Shown piece after piece: positions 56,501-64,000 of a stretch of 64,000 nt of DNA; the stretch's first letter is position 1, and each line of letters opens with the position of its first letter. Source of the stretch: an uncultured virus (IMG/VR IMGVR_UViG_2788500287_000116). Lineage: Duplodnaviria; Heunggongvirae; Uroviricota; Caudoviricetes. The stretch lies in the IMG/VR virus record IMGVR_UViG_2788500287_000116; one strand, 5' to 3'. A model generated the notes under the pieces. The model made no database searches. It saw nothing but the letters and a program-made list of their open reading frames with translations, and was not told the origin of the DNA. The position numbers were made by a program, and so were the translations under genes.

Positions 56501-58919
56501 TTTATTAGAAGGCTACGAGGCTTTAAATAGCACGAATAAGCTTATATACAGCGGCTCTTTTAATGAAAACAGTAATTACAATAGCTTAAATGAGTTTAAT
56601 GCTAGTAGAGGTATAACAAAGTTTATGGATATGAAGTTTGGTTCTGTTCAAAGAGTTTATTCAAGAGAGGATGATGTTATAGTTTTCCAAGAAGACAGAG
56701 TATCTAGAGTTTTATTTGGCAAAGGAGTTATTAATCAGCCAGATGGCACAGGTAGTTTAACCAGAGTTGAGCAGGTATTAGGCCAGGATGTGCCTTTTAC
56801 TGGAGAATACGGTATAGGTAAGAGTCCAGAAAGTTTTGCCGCTTATGAAAATAGTTTATACTTCGCTGACCCATTTAGAGGCGCTGTTCTTCGTTTAGGA
56901 CAAAACGGAATAACACCTATATCAGCACAAGGTATGAAATCGTATTTCAAAGAGAATCTATATGCAAACAGAAATAATTTTAATCCAGGAGGATATGACC
57001 CAAGAAACAATCAGTATGTAATTACACCAGGAGAATCTGTAAAAACACCTATTATACCTGTAACAACATGTAATTCACAATTAGATGTTAGAGTTTCTAA
57101 AACTCTTGGGTTCTCATACGTTCTGAATATAGGAGAAACTTCTGGAACACACACTATAGCCTTGACAATTACAGGTGGTTCTGTAGATGTATCGGTAGAT
57201 TATAATGGTACAACAACAACAACTACAGTTTCAGGTTCTGGAAACGTAACTTTTTCAGGAAATCCTGCTAACGACGACACTGCCTCAATCACTGTAATTA
57301 CGACAAACGACTCAAGTAATCCGTCGGCGTCGGTTGTTTCAATACATAATCAGTGTCCTGTTCCTGAGACGATGAGTGTGACAATACTTGTTGTGAACGA
57401 CGCTTATAAATCTAATCAAACAATAGTAAACAGGTTTAAAAATTCAAGCGCAAACATATTTAATGAAGCTACAGATACATTTGATGTAGATACTGTAACT
57501 AGATTTGAAACCTTCAGCGGCCCTATGGGAAGTACAAATATTCCAGATAATGGTGATACCGTTACAATTTCCTCTTTAAAACTTGCAGGTGTACATACAG
57601 GAGATTTCAACCCATGTAATGATTTAGGATATTGGGTTACTGCAGCTATAAATCCAACAGCAGCTGATATACTTACAAATGCTAATTTTACTGGCAATAC
57701 TACACAAACAGAAACCTCATCACAAGAAGAAAATACACTTCAGTTTACCTTTAATAGAAGTTCAGCTAGTGAAAACTTATATTTAGTGTATGACTATAGA
57801 GACCAACTACCTGTTCTAGTAGATGACTCTATAACTGGTATATCGAATGGAGGTAGCTCTACTATAAACGTAGTTAACAATGATACACTACCAAGTGCAT
57901 ACACATTAACCATTGAAACTCCTCCTACCAATGGTACAGCAACTATTGTAAGCGGAAGCCCTACAACAAGTATATTGTACACACATACATCAGGAAATGC
58001 CTTGACGGATGAGTTTACTTATAAAGTGACAAGAGGCGGTACATGTTCGCAAGTAGCAAGGGTAACTACAGAGGCACTATCTATTAATGAAAACACATAT
58101 ATATATATTTATTTTGATGGCTCAGGTTCTATGGATAACACTGAAATAGCTTTGAATGCTATGAGAGATAACTCTTTAAAATCTGTGCTACAAGATTTAT
58201 ATGCTACTGGAGGTACTGAGTCTAGCGGAAATACAAACCCAGCAACAAATGGTAGTAATGAATATGATAGCCACGTTACAATAGTTTACACTGGTGAATC
58301 TGAAGAATACGGTGTCGAAAGAACTTGGGCAGCTTTATCAGATAATGATGTAAATGATTTTATTTTAAACGGTCATAACGACTTCCCTAGTGATGCTACC
58401 AACGTTGTGATTATGGTATTTCAAGATGAGGCAGAAGGCTCCGCAGGGATAGCAGCTGGCTATCACCTAACCACTTATGATGGTGCAATTAGAGGATATC
58501 ATTCTGCAGATATTGCTTCGCTTAGAAGTAGAATTAATACATTAAATTCTTCTAATAATAACTTTTATAGAGGAGTCGTTTTTCATGTACAGGGTGGTAC
58601 TAAATCTGCAGCTTTCAAACAATACTTACAAGCTGTTGAAGCAAGCTCAGGTAATTTTACTGGGACAAATGGATTAAATGATTATGCATCAAGTCCAAAT
58701 AACTATATAGGATTTACATATGACCTTGAAGATGCTGTAGTAAATAGTGGTACAACTACCTTNAATGATAGTNTGGCGCCATACAANCCAGGAAGTACNA
58801 CTGATAGATTTGATAAGTGGGAATATTACTATTTATACCACATTACAAATGAGTTAAAAAATTTAGGATTTGANGATGGTGGTGCGTTAGGTTGGCCACG
58901 AATATTAGATGACGGATAA
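53535..58919 (+). CDS. Tail nozzle/stabilisation protein with C-terminal Ig-like and vWA-like domains
   Basis: Motifs GRMNKDFDER, FAYRYKY, YGIGKSPESFA and GGYDP; late YFDGSGSM (MIDAS-like). Confidence 0.7.
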   Translation: MKIKNIFSAGRMNKDFDERIVPKGEYIDALNVRVVNSADGDAGAIQSTEGNTQLSNISVTGSPRVIGCVTDESTERIYWFVVNNVGHSYVFEYDTQSNFQRTILEDTRAAATNVLKFDVMHKVYGNVIYNVSKKENILLFTDGLNSPKLVNIERAISYGPNGFEEDDISLIRKPPFEAPQVTPFFTNDKTENSIKENFFAFAYRYKYLDGQYSALSSFTNYQFHPSPFKLDFGTMENKGMVNLYNGYNIQYNTGDKRVTDIDLCFKFAKQNTVYVIESINKADSDFGDDMTKTYQFTNKKIFKALPADELFRIFDDVPLTAKTQDFIKDRLIFGNTTSQYDLRQTNDDKTPPIKIDYNVELESKDIDATQLTTTLSNSNQNITIDVSNIIFEVNSELVFGVDLTSPEDTYLSAAFGNGSASFAAGAVLTATYSGVNAFVNSDDFSIFLQSLNSNFAAQATVTNPTNLLSTDFGEFTLVSSSTTTIVLKAPKITFTIDTTPADSTDNTNPGFQLIRENQFTFQSTTVASFAALGSTLSLKSNRSFEFGITYLDEFGRYTSVLLPKESVTSTSEIFVPVGNSMKQNRAKITINSRPPFWANRYKFFVKTNKEVYYNLFGTIFYEDGVYRWISLEGNNIGKVEPGTMLLVKRDDDGALGEEVKCKVLEVVDKKATDELSAGQSWIEGNTDGAGEPIVEKAGLHMKIKPSKFSMDFDPNNFISYDQTDHKSRGKKTRRTKVHLPSLPRNFTISQNSGDDSTFGFLQRINAAGSAYNDLKLSTGSRIDIDWSLNGFNADPSFHYEKGFTVENDYESTATVNAFELWADAETNWAKTSITYAVNGVTHTVNQFTVPSQNNENEEFTFFLYKDTGNPNQANQTRWTMRIEPSESAAFFERNTLNCKIDIILLNGVIVFETDPQELNSEVYYETDETFRIESGFHQGSEQNQGSSQPAIVKLNFGNCFSFANGVESISIRDDRFTPFMDLDTRPNINLLEGYEALNSTNKLIYSGSFNENSNYNSLNEFNASRGITKFMDMKFGSVQRVYSREDDVIVFQEDRVSRVLFGKGVINQPDGTGSLTRVEQVLGQDVPFTGEYGIGKSPESFAAYENSLYFADPFRGAVLRLGQNGITPISAQGMKSYFKENLYANRNNFNPGGYDPRNNQYVITPGESVKTPIIPVTTCNSQLDVRVSKTLGFSYVLNIGETSGTHTIALTITGGSVDVSVDYNGTTTTTTVSGSGNVTFSGNPANDDTASITVITTNDSSNPSASVVSIHNQCPVPETMSVTILVVNDAYKSNQTIVNRFKNSSANIFNEATDTFDVDTVTRFETFSGPMGSTNIPDNGDTVTISSLKLAGVHTGDFNPCNDLGYWVTAAINPTAADILTNANFTGNTTQTETSSQEENTLQFTFNRSSASENLYLVYDYRDQLPVLVDDSITGISNGGSSTINVVNNDTLPSAYTLTIETPPTNGTATIVSGSPTTSILYTHTSGNALTDEFTYKVTRGGTCSQVARVTTEALSINENTYIYIYFDGSGSMDNTEIALNAMRDNSLKSVLQDLYATGGTESSGNTNPATNGSNEYDSHVTIVYTGESEEYGVERTWAALSDNDVNDFILNGHNDFPSDATNVVIMVFQDEAEGSAGIAAGYHLTTYDGAIRGYHSADIASLRSRINTLNSSNNNFYRGVVFHVQGGTKSAAFKQYLQAVEASSGNFTGTNGLNDYASSPNNYIGFTYDLEDAVVNSGTTTXNDSXAPYXPGSXTDRFDKWEYYYLYHITNELKNLGFXDGGALGWPRILDDG

Positions 58920-58930
58920 AATATAAAATT

Positions 58931-59722
58931 ATGTCTTTNAGAAAAACTGTTACATATGATGAAAGAAATAATGGGTGGACTTCGTTTCATTCATGGACAC
59001 CAGAGTGGATGGCAAGGATTGGTACACGATTTTTCACATTCAAAGGTGGAGAACTGTATGAACATCATGTTGATACTGTTGCCAGAACTACGTTTTATGG
59101 AGTAGGTTATGGTGTTGATATAACATTTGTTGCTAATGAATCGCCAGGAGAAGTAAAATTATTTAAAAACTTGACACTCGAAACTGAGTCAAACAACTGG
59201 GCAGCAGTGCTTACGACGGATTTAGAATCAGGNTTGATTGATGAAGGTAAGTTTGANAGATTTGAATCTTATTACTCAACATACATAAGGCAAAACGGTG
59301 CTGGAAGTATAGATGGAAGGTTGAATTTCAACGAATTATCTGTTATTGGAATAGGTAATTTAGCAGAAAAAATAAACGCAAAAAGATATAGATTTGCAAA
59401 CTCTATATCCTCAAACGCTAATGTTGGAGATTTCTTGTATTTGAACGGTACATCAGGAACACAACTTGTAGGAGAAATACAATTGTTTACTTCAGATGCA
59501 TCATCTGGTGTTATAAGAGATACGGTTCAGGTGTTACAAACACCCAATAACAGTACTACTTTTGAAGCAAGTGTTGGAGAATATATGTTTGTTGGAAAAG
59601 ACCTTAGTGCAGAGTCTAGAGGTATCAGAGGATACTACTGCCAAATTAAACTTACAAATGACAATCCAAACGCTTATGAGTTGTATTGCGCATCTACTGA
59701 AGCTGTTAAGAGCAATTTGTAA
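58931..59722 (+). CDS. Separate C-terminal part of the nozzle/stabilisation protein
   Basis: TVTYDERNNGWTSFHSW...IRGYYCQIKL. Confidence 0.6.
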   Translation: MSXRKTVTYDERNNGWTSFHSWTPEWMARIGTRFFTFKGGELYEHHVDTVARTTFYGVGYGVDITFVANESPGEVKLFKNLTLETESNNWAAVLTTDLESXLIDEGKFXRFESYYSTYIRQNGAGSIDGRLNFNELSVIGIGNLAEKINAKRYRFANSISSNANVGDFLYLNGTSGTQLVGEIQLFTSDASSGVIRDTVQVLQTPNNSTTFEASVGEYMFVGKDLSAESRGIRGYYCQIKLTNDNPNAYELYCASTEAVKSNL

Positions 59723-59728
59723 TTTTTG

Positions 59729-59736
59729 TATATTTG
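59729..59736 (+). promoter_or_regulatory. -7 promoter box TATATTTG
   Basis: Upstream of the internal-protein genes. Confidence 0.6.
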
Positions 59737-59756
59737 TATAACTTAAAAATAATAAT

Positions 59757-60761
59757 ATGCCATTTTTGACTACATTAGGTATGATTGTTGGTGGCGCAAG
59801 CGCTGTAAATAGCTTTTTCAAAGGTGGAAATTTAGCAGCAGAAGCTAGAGCTGGCNTATCAAAACTTAAAGACCAAGAACTTACGAATGCTTTTGCAGGC
59901 CTGAAACCTAGTTTAGCTGCTGAGCAGAGAATTTTATCACAACAATCAACACAACTTGGAACAATAGCAGATGTAGCGCAAGGTATGGATGCTGCTTCAG
60001 CTATGGGATTACTTCAAGCTGGACAAGCTAATATACTAGACGCTGAAAACAAAGCTTTTGAAAGCATGTTAGATAAAGAATTCCAGGCAGATGTACTAAG
60101 AGGTCAAGATGAGCAAGAAATGAGAAGAATTCAGGAGCAGAGGACACAATTACAAAGACAAACACTATCACAACAAATGATGGCTGGTGAACAAATGCAA
60201 GCAGACGCATTAATGGATGTAGCAACACTTGCAGTTTCAGCAGGTACTGCGCAAGAAATGGCTGATGCACAAAGAGGTCTTGATAAAGGTGTTAAAGTTG
60301 CAAAAAAAACTGGCTCTAATATTTTCAAAACAGCATTTGGTAAAGGCACACAGAAAGCTGGTGGTTCATTCTTTGGTAATGCACTGAGAAGCACTGCAAC
60401 TTTCGGAAAAGAAATTGGAAAAGGAGCAGTAGGATTATTTAAAGGAGCAGCCCCTGTGGTGGCTCCTGCAGTTCAAAGTGGTAATAATACAACGACTCCA
60501 TTAACAGGAGGCCCTAATTTTACATCTAACGTAGTAAGTGGTGCTTTTCCAAATATGAGTTTGAATACTGGAGGAGTTTTTTCAAACTCTATAATTCCTC
60601 CTCAATCAAGTTTTCAAATTACTGGAACTACTCCATTTCAATTTCCATTACAAGACCCTTCAAAGCCAACTATGTCGATAAATGGTATTACATTCCCAGA
60701 TAGGGCAGCAGAGTTTAATCTGAACATGAGAAAACAATACCCTGGACTTTTTCAATTATAA
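59757..60761 (+). CDS. Probable internal virion/ejection protein
   Basis: Gly/Ala/Gln-rich with a hydrophobic N-terminus. Confidence 0.6.
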   Translation: MPFLTTLGMIVGGASAVNSFFKGGNLAAEARAGXSKLKDQELTNAFAGLKPSLAAEQRILSQQSTQLGTIADVAQGMDAASAMGLLQAGQANILDAENKAFESMLDKEFQADVLRGQDEQEMRRIQEQRTQLQRQTLSQQMMAGEQMQADALMDVATLAVSAGTAQEMADAQRGLDKGVKVAKKTGSNIFKTAFGKGTQKAGGSFFGNALRSTATFGKEIGKGAVGLFKGAAPVVAPAVQSGNNTTTPLTGGPNFTSNVVSGAFPNMSLNTGGVFSNSIIPPQSSFQITGTTPFQFPLQDPSKPTMSINGITFPDRAAEFNLNMRKQYPGLFQL

Positions 60762-60770
60762 AAAAAAAAT

Positions 60771-62687
60771 ATGGCTAAATACGGATATATAACACAACCA
60801 ATAGAAAGTAAAATATCAGGTCTAGCAGCATTATACTTGCAAGGGCAAGAAAAGATAAATGCTATAAGGACTAATGTAAGAGAGATGCGAGCTGAAAATA
60901 TGATGCAGCTTGGTAAAAAAATTGATTCTATTGCTCTCACAGGTATACAGGATTTAGATAAAATGTATAATGAGTCTGGAGTTTTGTTAAGAAATAGAGT
61001 TATGCAAGCGGAGGCTGATAATAGAAGTGGTAAAATTAGCATGGCAGATTATACAAGGATATACAATAATGCCATGACAGAGATGGGGATGATTGTGAAC
61101 GGAAACGAGGTCATAGGTAAAAATTATGAAACTTTAAAGAAAAGAAATAAAGATAGAGAAATTAGTGGCGCGAGTTTAGATTTGTTTGAGCAAGGTTACT
61201 TTGGTAATAAAAATGCCTTATTAGACCCAGCTAGATTTTCTATTTTAGATGATACACCTAACGGTTTAGCTTTTACACAATACTACACGTACACAAACTC
61301 AAAAGGTCAAAAAGTTGCAGGCACTCCAATATCGGTACCATTTGCTAACAATATGAATCCTGAGTTTGGTAATATTGCATATTTTGACCCAGATGCCTAT
61401 GCTAAAAGCATTAGAAATCAAATTGGCAAAAAGTATGGTTTTTTCCCTGGTGATTTCGAACAACTTGACATAAAAGGTAAAGGGACTTTTTTATCAAGAG
61501 TGTCTGAACCTGAAAATCTAGAAATGATTAGAACTCATATAGAAGGGTTTGTAAACTCTTTTGTTGATTCTGATTTAATTGGTGTGTTATACGAGGGTCT
61601 TGGAGCAAGGGCTCCATATTCAAACTCATATGTAAAAACTTTAAATCAACAAGAGTGGGAGGCAAAAACTACATTTGATTTTATTGACTCAGATGGAAAG
61701 GTAAAAACACTGCCAATGTATGCAGATGCAGATGGAAATGGGTTTACATTTACTGAAGACCCTTTTACATTAAGACACTCACAAAGTGGAGAAATCCAAC
61801 TTAGTGATGAACAAAGAGAACTAGCAAGAGGGTTTCTTAGAGCTAATGCTATAGCAGCCTTAAATGTTACAAGAGATAAGTATTTCTATAAAAATCCTAA
61901 CTACAAAGGCTCAAGCAGTAAGCCTCCTGAATTGGCAGATAATTTTACAATAAACCCAATGTTTACACCAGTAAAGAACGGTAACGATGCACCTTTATTT
62001 TCATTTATCTATGGTAATGCAGAGAGGATAAACTATAGAAAAGGTGTCCTTAAAGGACAAAATAAAACTTTATCAACAACTAACGCTGGAATACTGAGCA
62101 ACCCAGCAGCTACTGACTGGAAAAATGTGATTCCATCTGGTCAGGCGGCTTGGAAAACAAATGACTTTACTGCATTTGAAAAAGTTTTAGGCATCGGTAC
62201 TGGTGATTTATCAAAAACAAATATTTCACAAGGATTTATAGAGCATGTTGATATGGGACAGTTATTAAATAAAAAAGACTTCCCAAGTCTTAAATTAACA
62301 ACATTTGAAAACACACCATTTGAAACTTTACAAGGTGTTGGCTATATAAAAACAGAAGAATTGACTGATAACGGTATGGTTGATAGATATGCTGTAGTTG
62401 TTTCAGGAACATCTAAACTTGGTGATACAGCAAGTAAATATACTCAGCAAGGTGGAATACAATTACAAGCAGGAGATGAGGTTATAGAGCAATCTACAGG
62501 TTATGTTGCTCCAACACAAACTGTTGCTTTATTAAATGCTCTACGTAAATATCCAGAATTCAATAAACATGTTGAGAAATTCTTTAATACCAAGGGGTCA
62601 ATAAACACAAGTGCGTTACCACCAGGTCTTGATAGCAGATATCACGCCTCATATATCATTAGTATCGGAATAGATAACCTTAAATAA
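60771..62687 (+). CDS. Probable internal virion protein
   Basis: 638-aa ORF; position. Confidence 0.55.
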   Translation: MAKYGYITQPIESKISGLAALYLQGQEKINAIRTNVREMRAENMMQLGKKIDSIALTGIQDLDKMYNESGVLLRNRVMQAEADNRSGKISMADYTRIYNNAMTEMGMIVNGNEVIGKNYETLKKRNKDREISGASLDLFEQGYFGNKNALLDPARFSILDDTPNGLAFTQYYTYTNSKGQKVAGTPISVPFANNMNPEFGNIAYFDPDAYAKSIRNQIGKKYGFFPGDFEQLDIKGKGTFLSRVSEPENLEMIRTHIEGFVNSFVDSDLIGVLYEGLGARAPYSNSYVKTLNQQEWEAKTTFDFIDSDGKVKTLPMYADADGNGFTFTEDPFTLRHSQSGEIQLSDEQRELARGFLRANAIAALNVTRDKYFYKNPNYKGSSSKPPELADNFTINPMFTPVKNGNDAPLFSFIYGNAERINYRKGVLKGQNKTLSTTNAGILSNPAATDWKNVIPSGQAAWKTNDFTAFEKVLGIGTGDLSKTNISQGFIEHVDMGQLLNKKDFPSLKLTTFENTPFETLQGVGYIKTEELTDNGMVDRYAVVVSGTSKLGDTASKYTQQGGIQLQAGDEVIEQSTGYVAPTQTVALLNALRKYPEFNKHVEKFFNTKGSINTSALPPGLDSRYHASYIISIGIDNLK

Positions 62688-62689
62688 TT

Positions 62690-64000
62690 ATGTCTAATAA
62701 TATAATTCCAGAAAACACCTCGCAAAATACAAATGGGTTGCAAAATGCTTACGACCCAAATAACGATAGTGTTGTTATTACACCTATAATTGATATTAAT
62801 AAGCTTAATTCATGGAATACTGACTTTTTAAACAAAAATGTACCCAATCAAAACTATAGAAATGAGCTTCTTAATAGTGGTCTGATGGATAAAATTGTAA
62901 ACAATGGTAATTTTACTCTTTTTAAAAATCATGTAGATAACATAAATTTTTTTGCTGGAAATCCCATAACACCAACAGAAGAACTAGAAGACTTATTCAA
63001 TAGTTTTCGTGATACAAAAAAAGAGGAGTATAAGAAAAATGAATTGAAAGCCAATTATATTCTTAATAACAAAAAAGAATATAAACCAGAGGGAACTATA
63101 TTTACAGATACAGATACAAAAGCTGATTTGTTGCCTAGGAATGAAGTAAGAAAAGATAACATACCTGATTTAGAATTGTTTCCTTTGAAGACATCTGGTG
63201 GCGCGATTACATTTAAACCTATTTATTCAGAAAAACCAAAAGATACTGGAATTGCTTATTCATTTGATGACAATATTATAAAAATGCATAACGATTCAAC
63301 TGTGTGGCAAAACCAGTACAATGTAAATAATACAAAATCAAATGCACAATATGACTCTGACTTTGATTATAGTGCGTATCAAAACACAGAAGTTTTAAAT
63401 GGTTTGTTAGATTCTTTGGGGCCGTCTTTTTTATTTCAAGACCCATCTGATGCTGCTGAACTATTCAACAAAACATTATCATCATACGGTTTTGAAGCTG
63501 AACCATATTCAAACCCAGAAACATCTGGTGCTTTTGATATTTATGGTGAAAATGAAAGGTTGTTGAGAATTGTAAATCCAGCAGGACAAGAACAAATAGT
63601 AAGACTTTACAAACCAATTACAGAAACTTTTATACAGCAATTTGGCACCCCTTTACAAGATGAAGTAGGTGGATTTGGAAGTGTTGTAAGGCCAGAGTTT
63701 GCTACACAAAAATTTGCAGATTTTAAAACTTTGTTGCTTACAAATGCAAATAATACAAGTATAACAGGCTCAATAGCAAATATTATTTCACAAAGTGAAG
63801 CGCCAGCACTTGACCTCAAAGTTCAGTTTAATAAAATTTCTGACCTTGGGTTTTTTAATATGAATGACATAATTGATATGGGCGACTATTTAGATTTAGA
63901 TATTGTTGAAACTGATTTATTTGATTTGAATACAACTCCTGGAATGCCTGAAGTTTTTAGTGTAACAGGTAATCAAAATGCTTTAAATAGGATATCAGTT
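62690..64000 (+). CDS. Large probable internal virion protein, 3'-truncated (not in ORF track)
   Basis: ATG at 62690 (MSNNIIPENT...); the frame appears open to the window end. Confidence 0.65.
   Translation, partial: MSNNIIPENTSQNTNGLQNAYDPNNDSVVITPIIDINKLNSWNTDFLNKNVPNQNYRNELLNSGLMDKIVNNGNFTLFKNHVDNINFFAGNPITPTEELEDLFNSFRDTKKEEYKKNELKANYILNNKKEYKPEGTIFTDTDTKADLLPRNEVRKDNIPDLELFPLKTSGGAITFKPIYSEKPKDTGIAYSFDDNIIKMHNDSTVWQNQYNVNNTKSNAQYDSDFDYSAYQNTEVLNGLLDSLGPSFLFQDPSDAAELFNKTLSSYGFEAEPYSNPETSGAFDIYGENERLLRIVNPAGQEQIVRLYKPITETFIQQFGTPLQDEVGGFGSVVRPEFATQKFADFKTLLLTNANNTSITGSIANIISQSEAPALDLKVQFNKISDLGFFNMNDIIDMGDYLDLDIVETDLFDLNTTPGMPEVFSVTGNQNALNRISV

Noticed and set aside
1..64000. Stop-codon reassignment
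   Set aside because: Genes are full length and densely packed under the standard code, and the only tRNA is Glu.
1..64000. Prophage or host chromosomal DNA (suggested by groEL/groES)
   Set aside because: No integrase or host housekeeping context. The GroEL is divergent and embedded among phage genes.

Overview
The window holds most of the genome of an AT-rich, podovirus-like dsDNA phage. The host is very probably a Bacteroidota (Flavobacteriia-type) bacterium, judging by TAnnTTTG -7 promoter boxes, A/U-rich leaders without Shine-Dalgarno sites, and signal peptides with Gln at +1. Two transcription arms diverge from a ~1.1 kb structured non-coding region at 20.9-22.0 kb. The minus arm (20.9 to 5.6 kb) carries early genes, tRNA-Glu, an M28-like peptidase, a RecE-like exonuclease, SSB, a DnaA-domain-IV-like protein, a replication initiator, a Twinkle/T7-type primase-helicase, a MazG-like enzyme, a metallophosphoesterase and nucleases. 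The plus arm (22 to 64 kb, probably continuing at 1-5.6 kb) carries GroEL/GroES, a run of tiny Lys-rich proteins, an envelope/lysis cassette with a predicted outer-membrane beta-barrel, tail fibres, terminase, portal, scaffold, capsid, tail nozzle and internal virion proteins. I recognise no DNA polymerase, RNA polymerase or integrase. The most interesting signal is two structured non-coding elements (6520-6619 and 12189-12256) whose minus-strand RNA is antisense to the AUUAUGA start regions of the phage's own early genes, a candidate sRNA-based early-gene shut-off system. All product calls come from motif recognition by eye, not from database searches.
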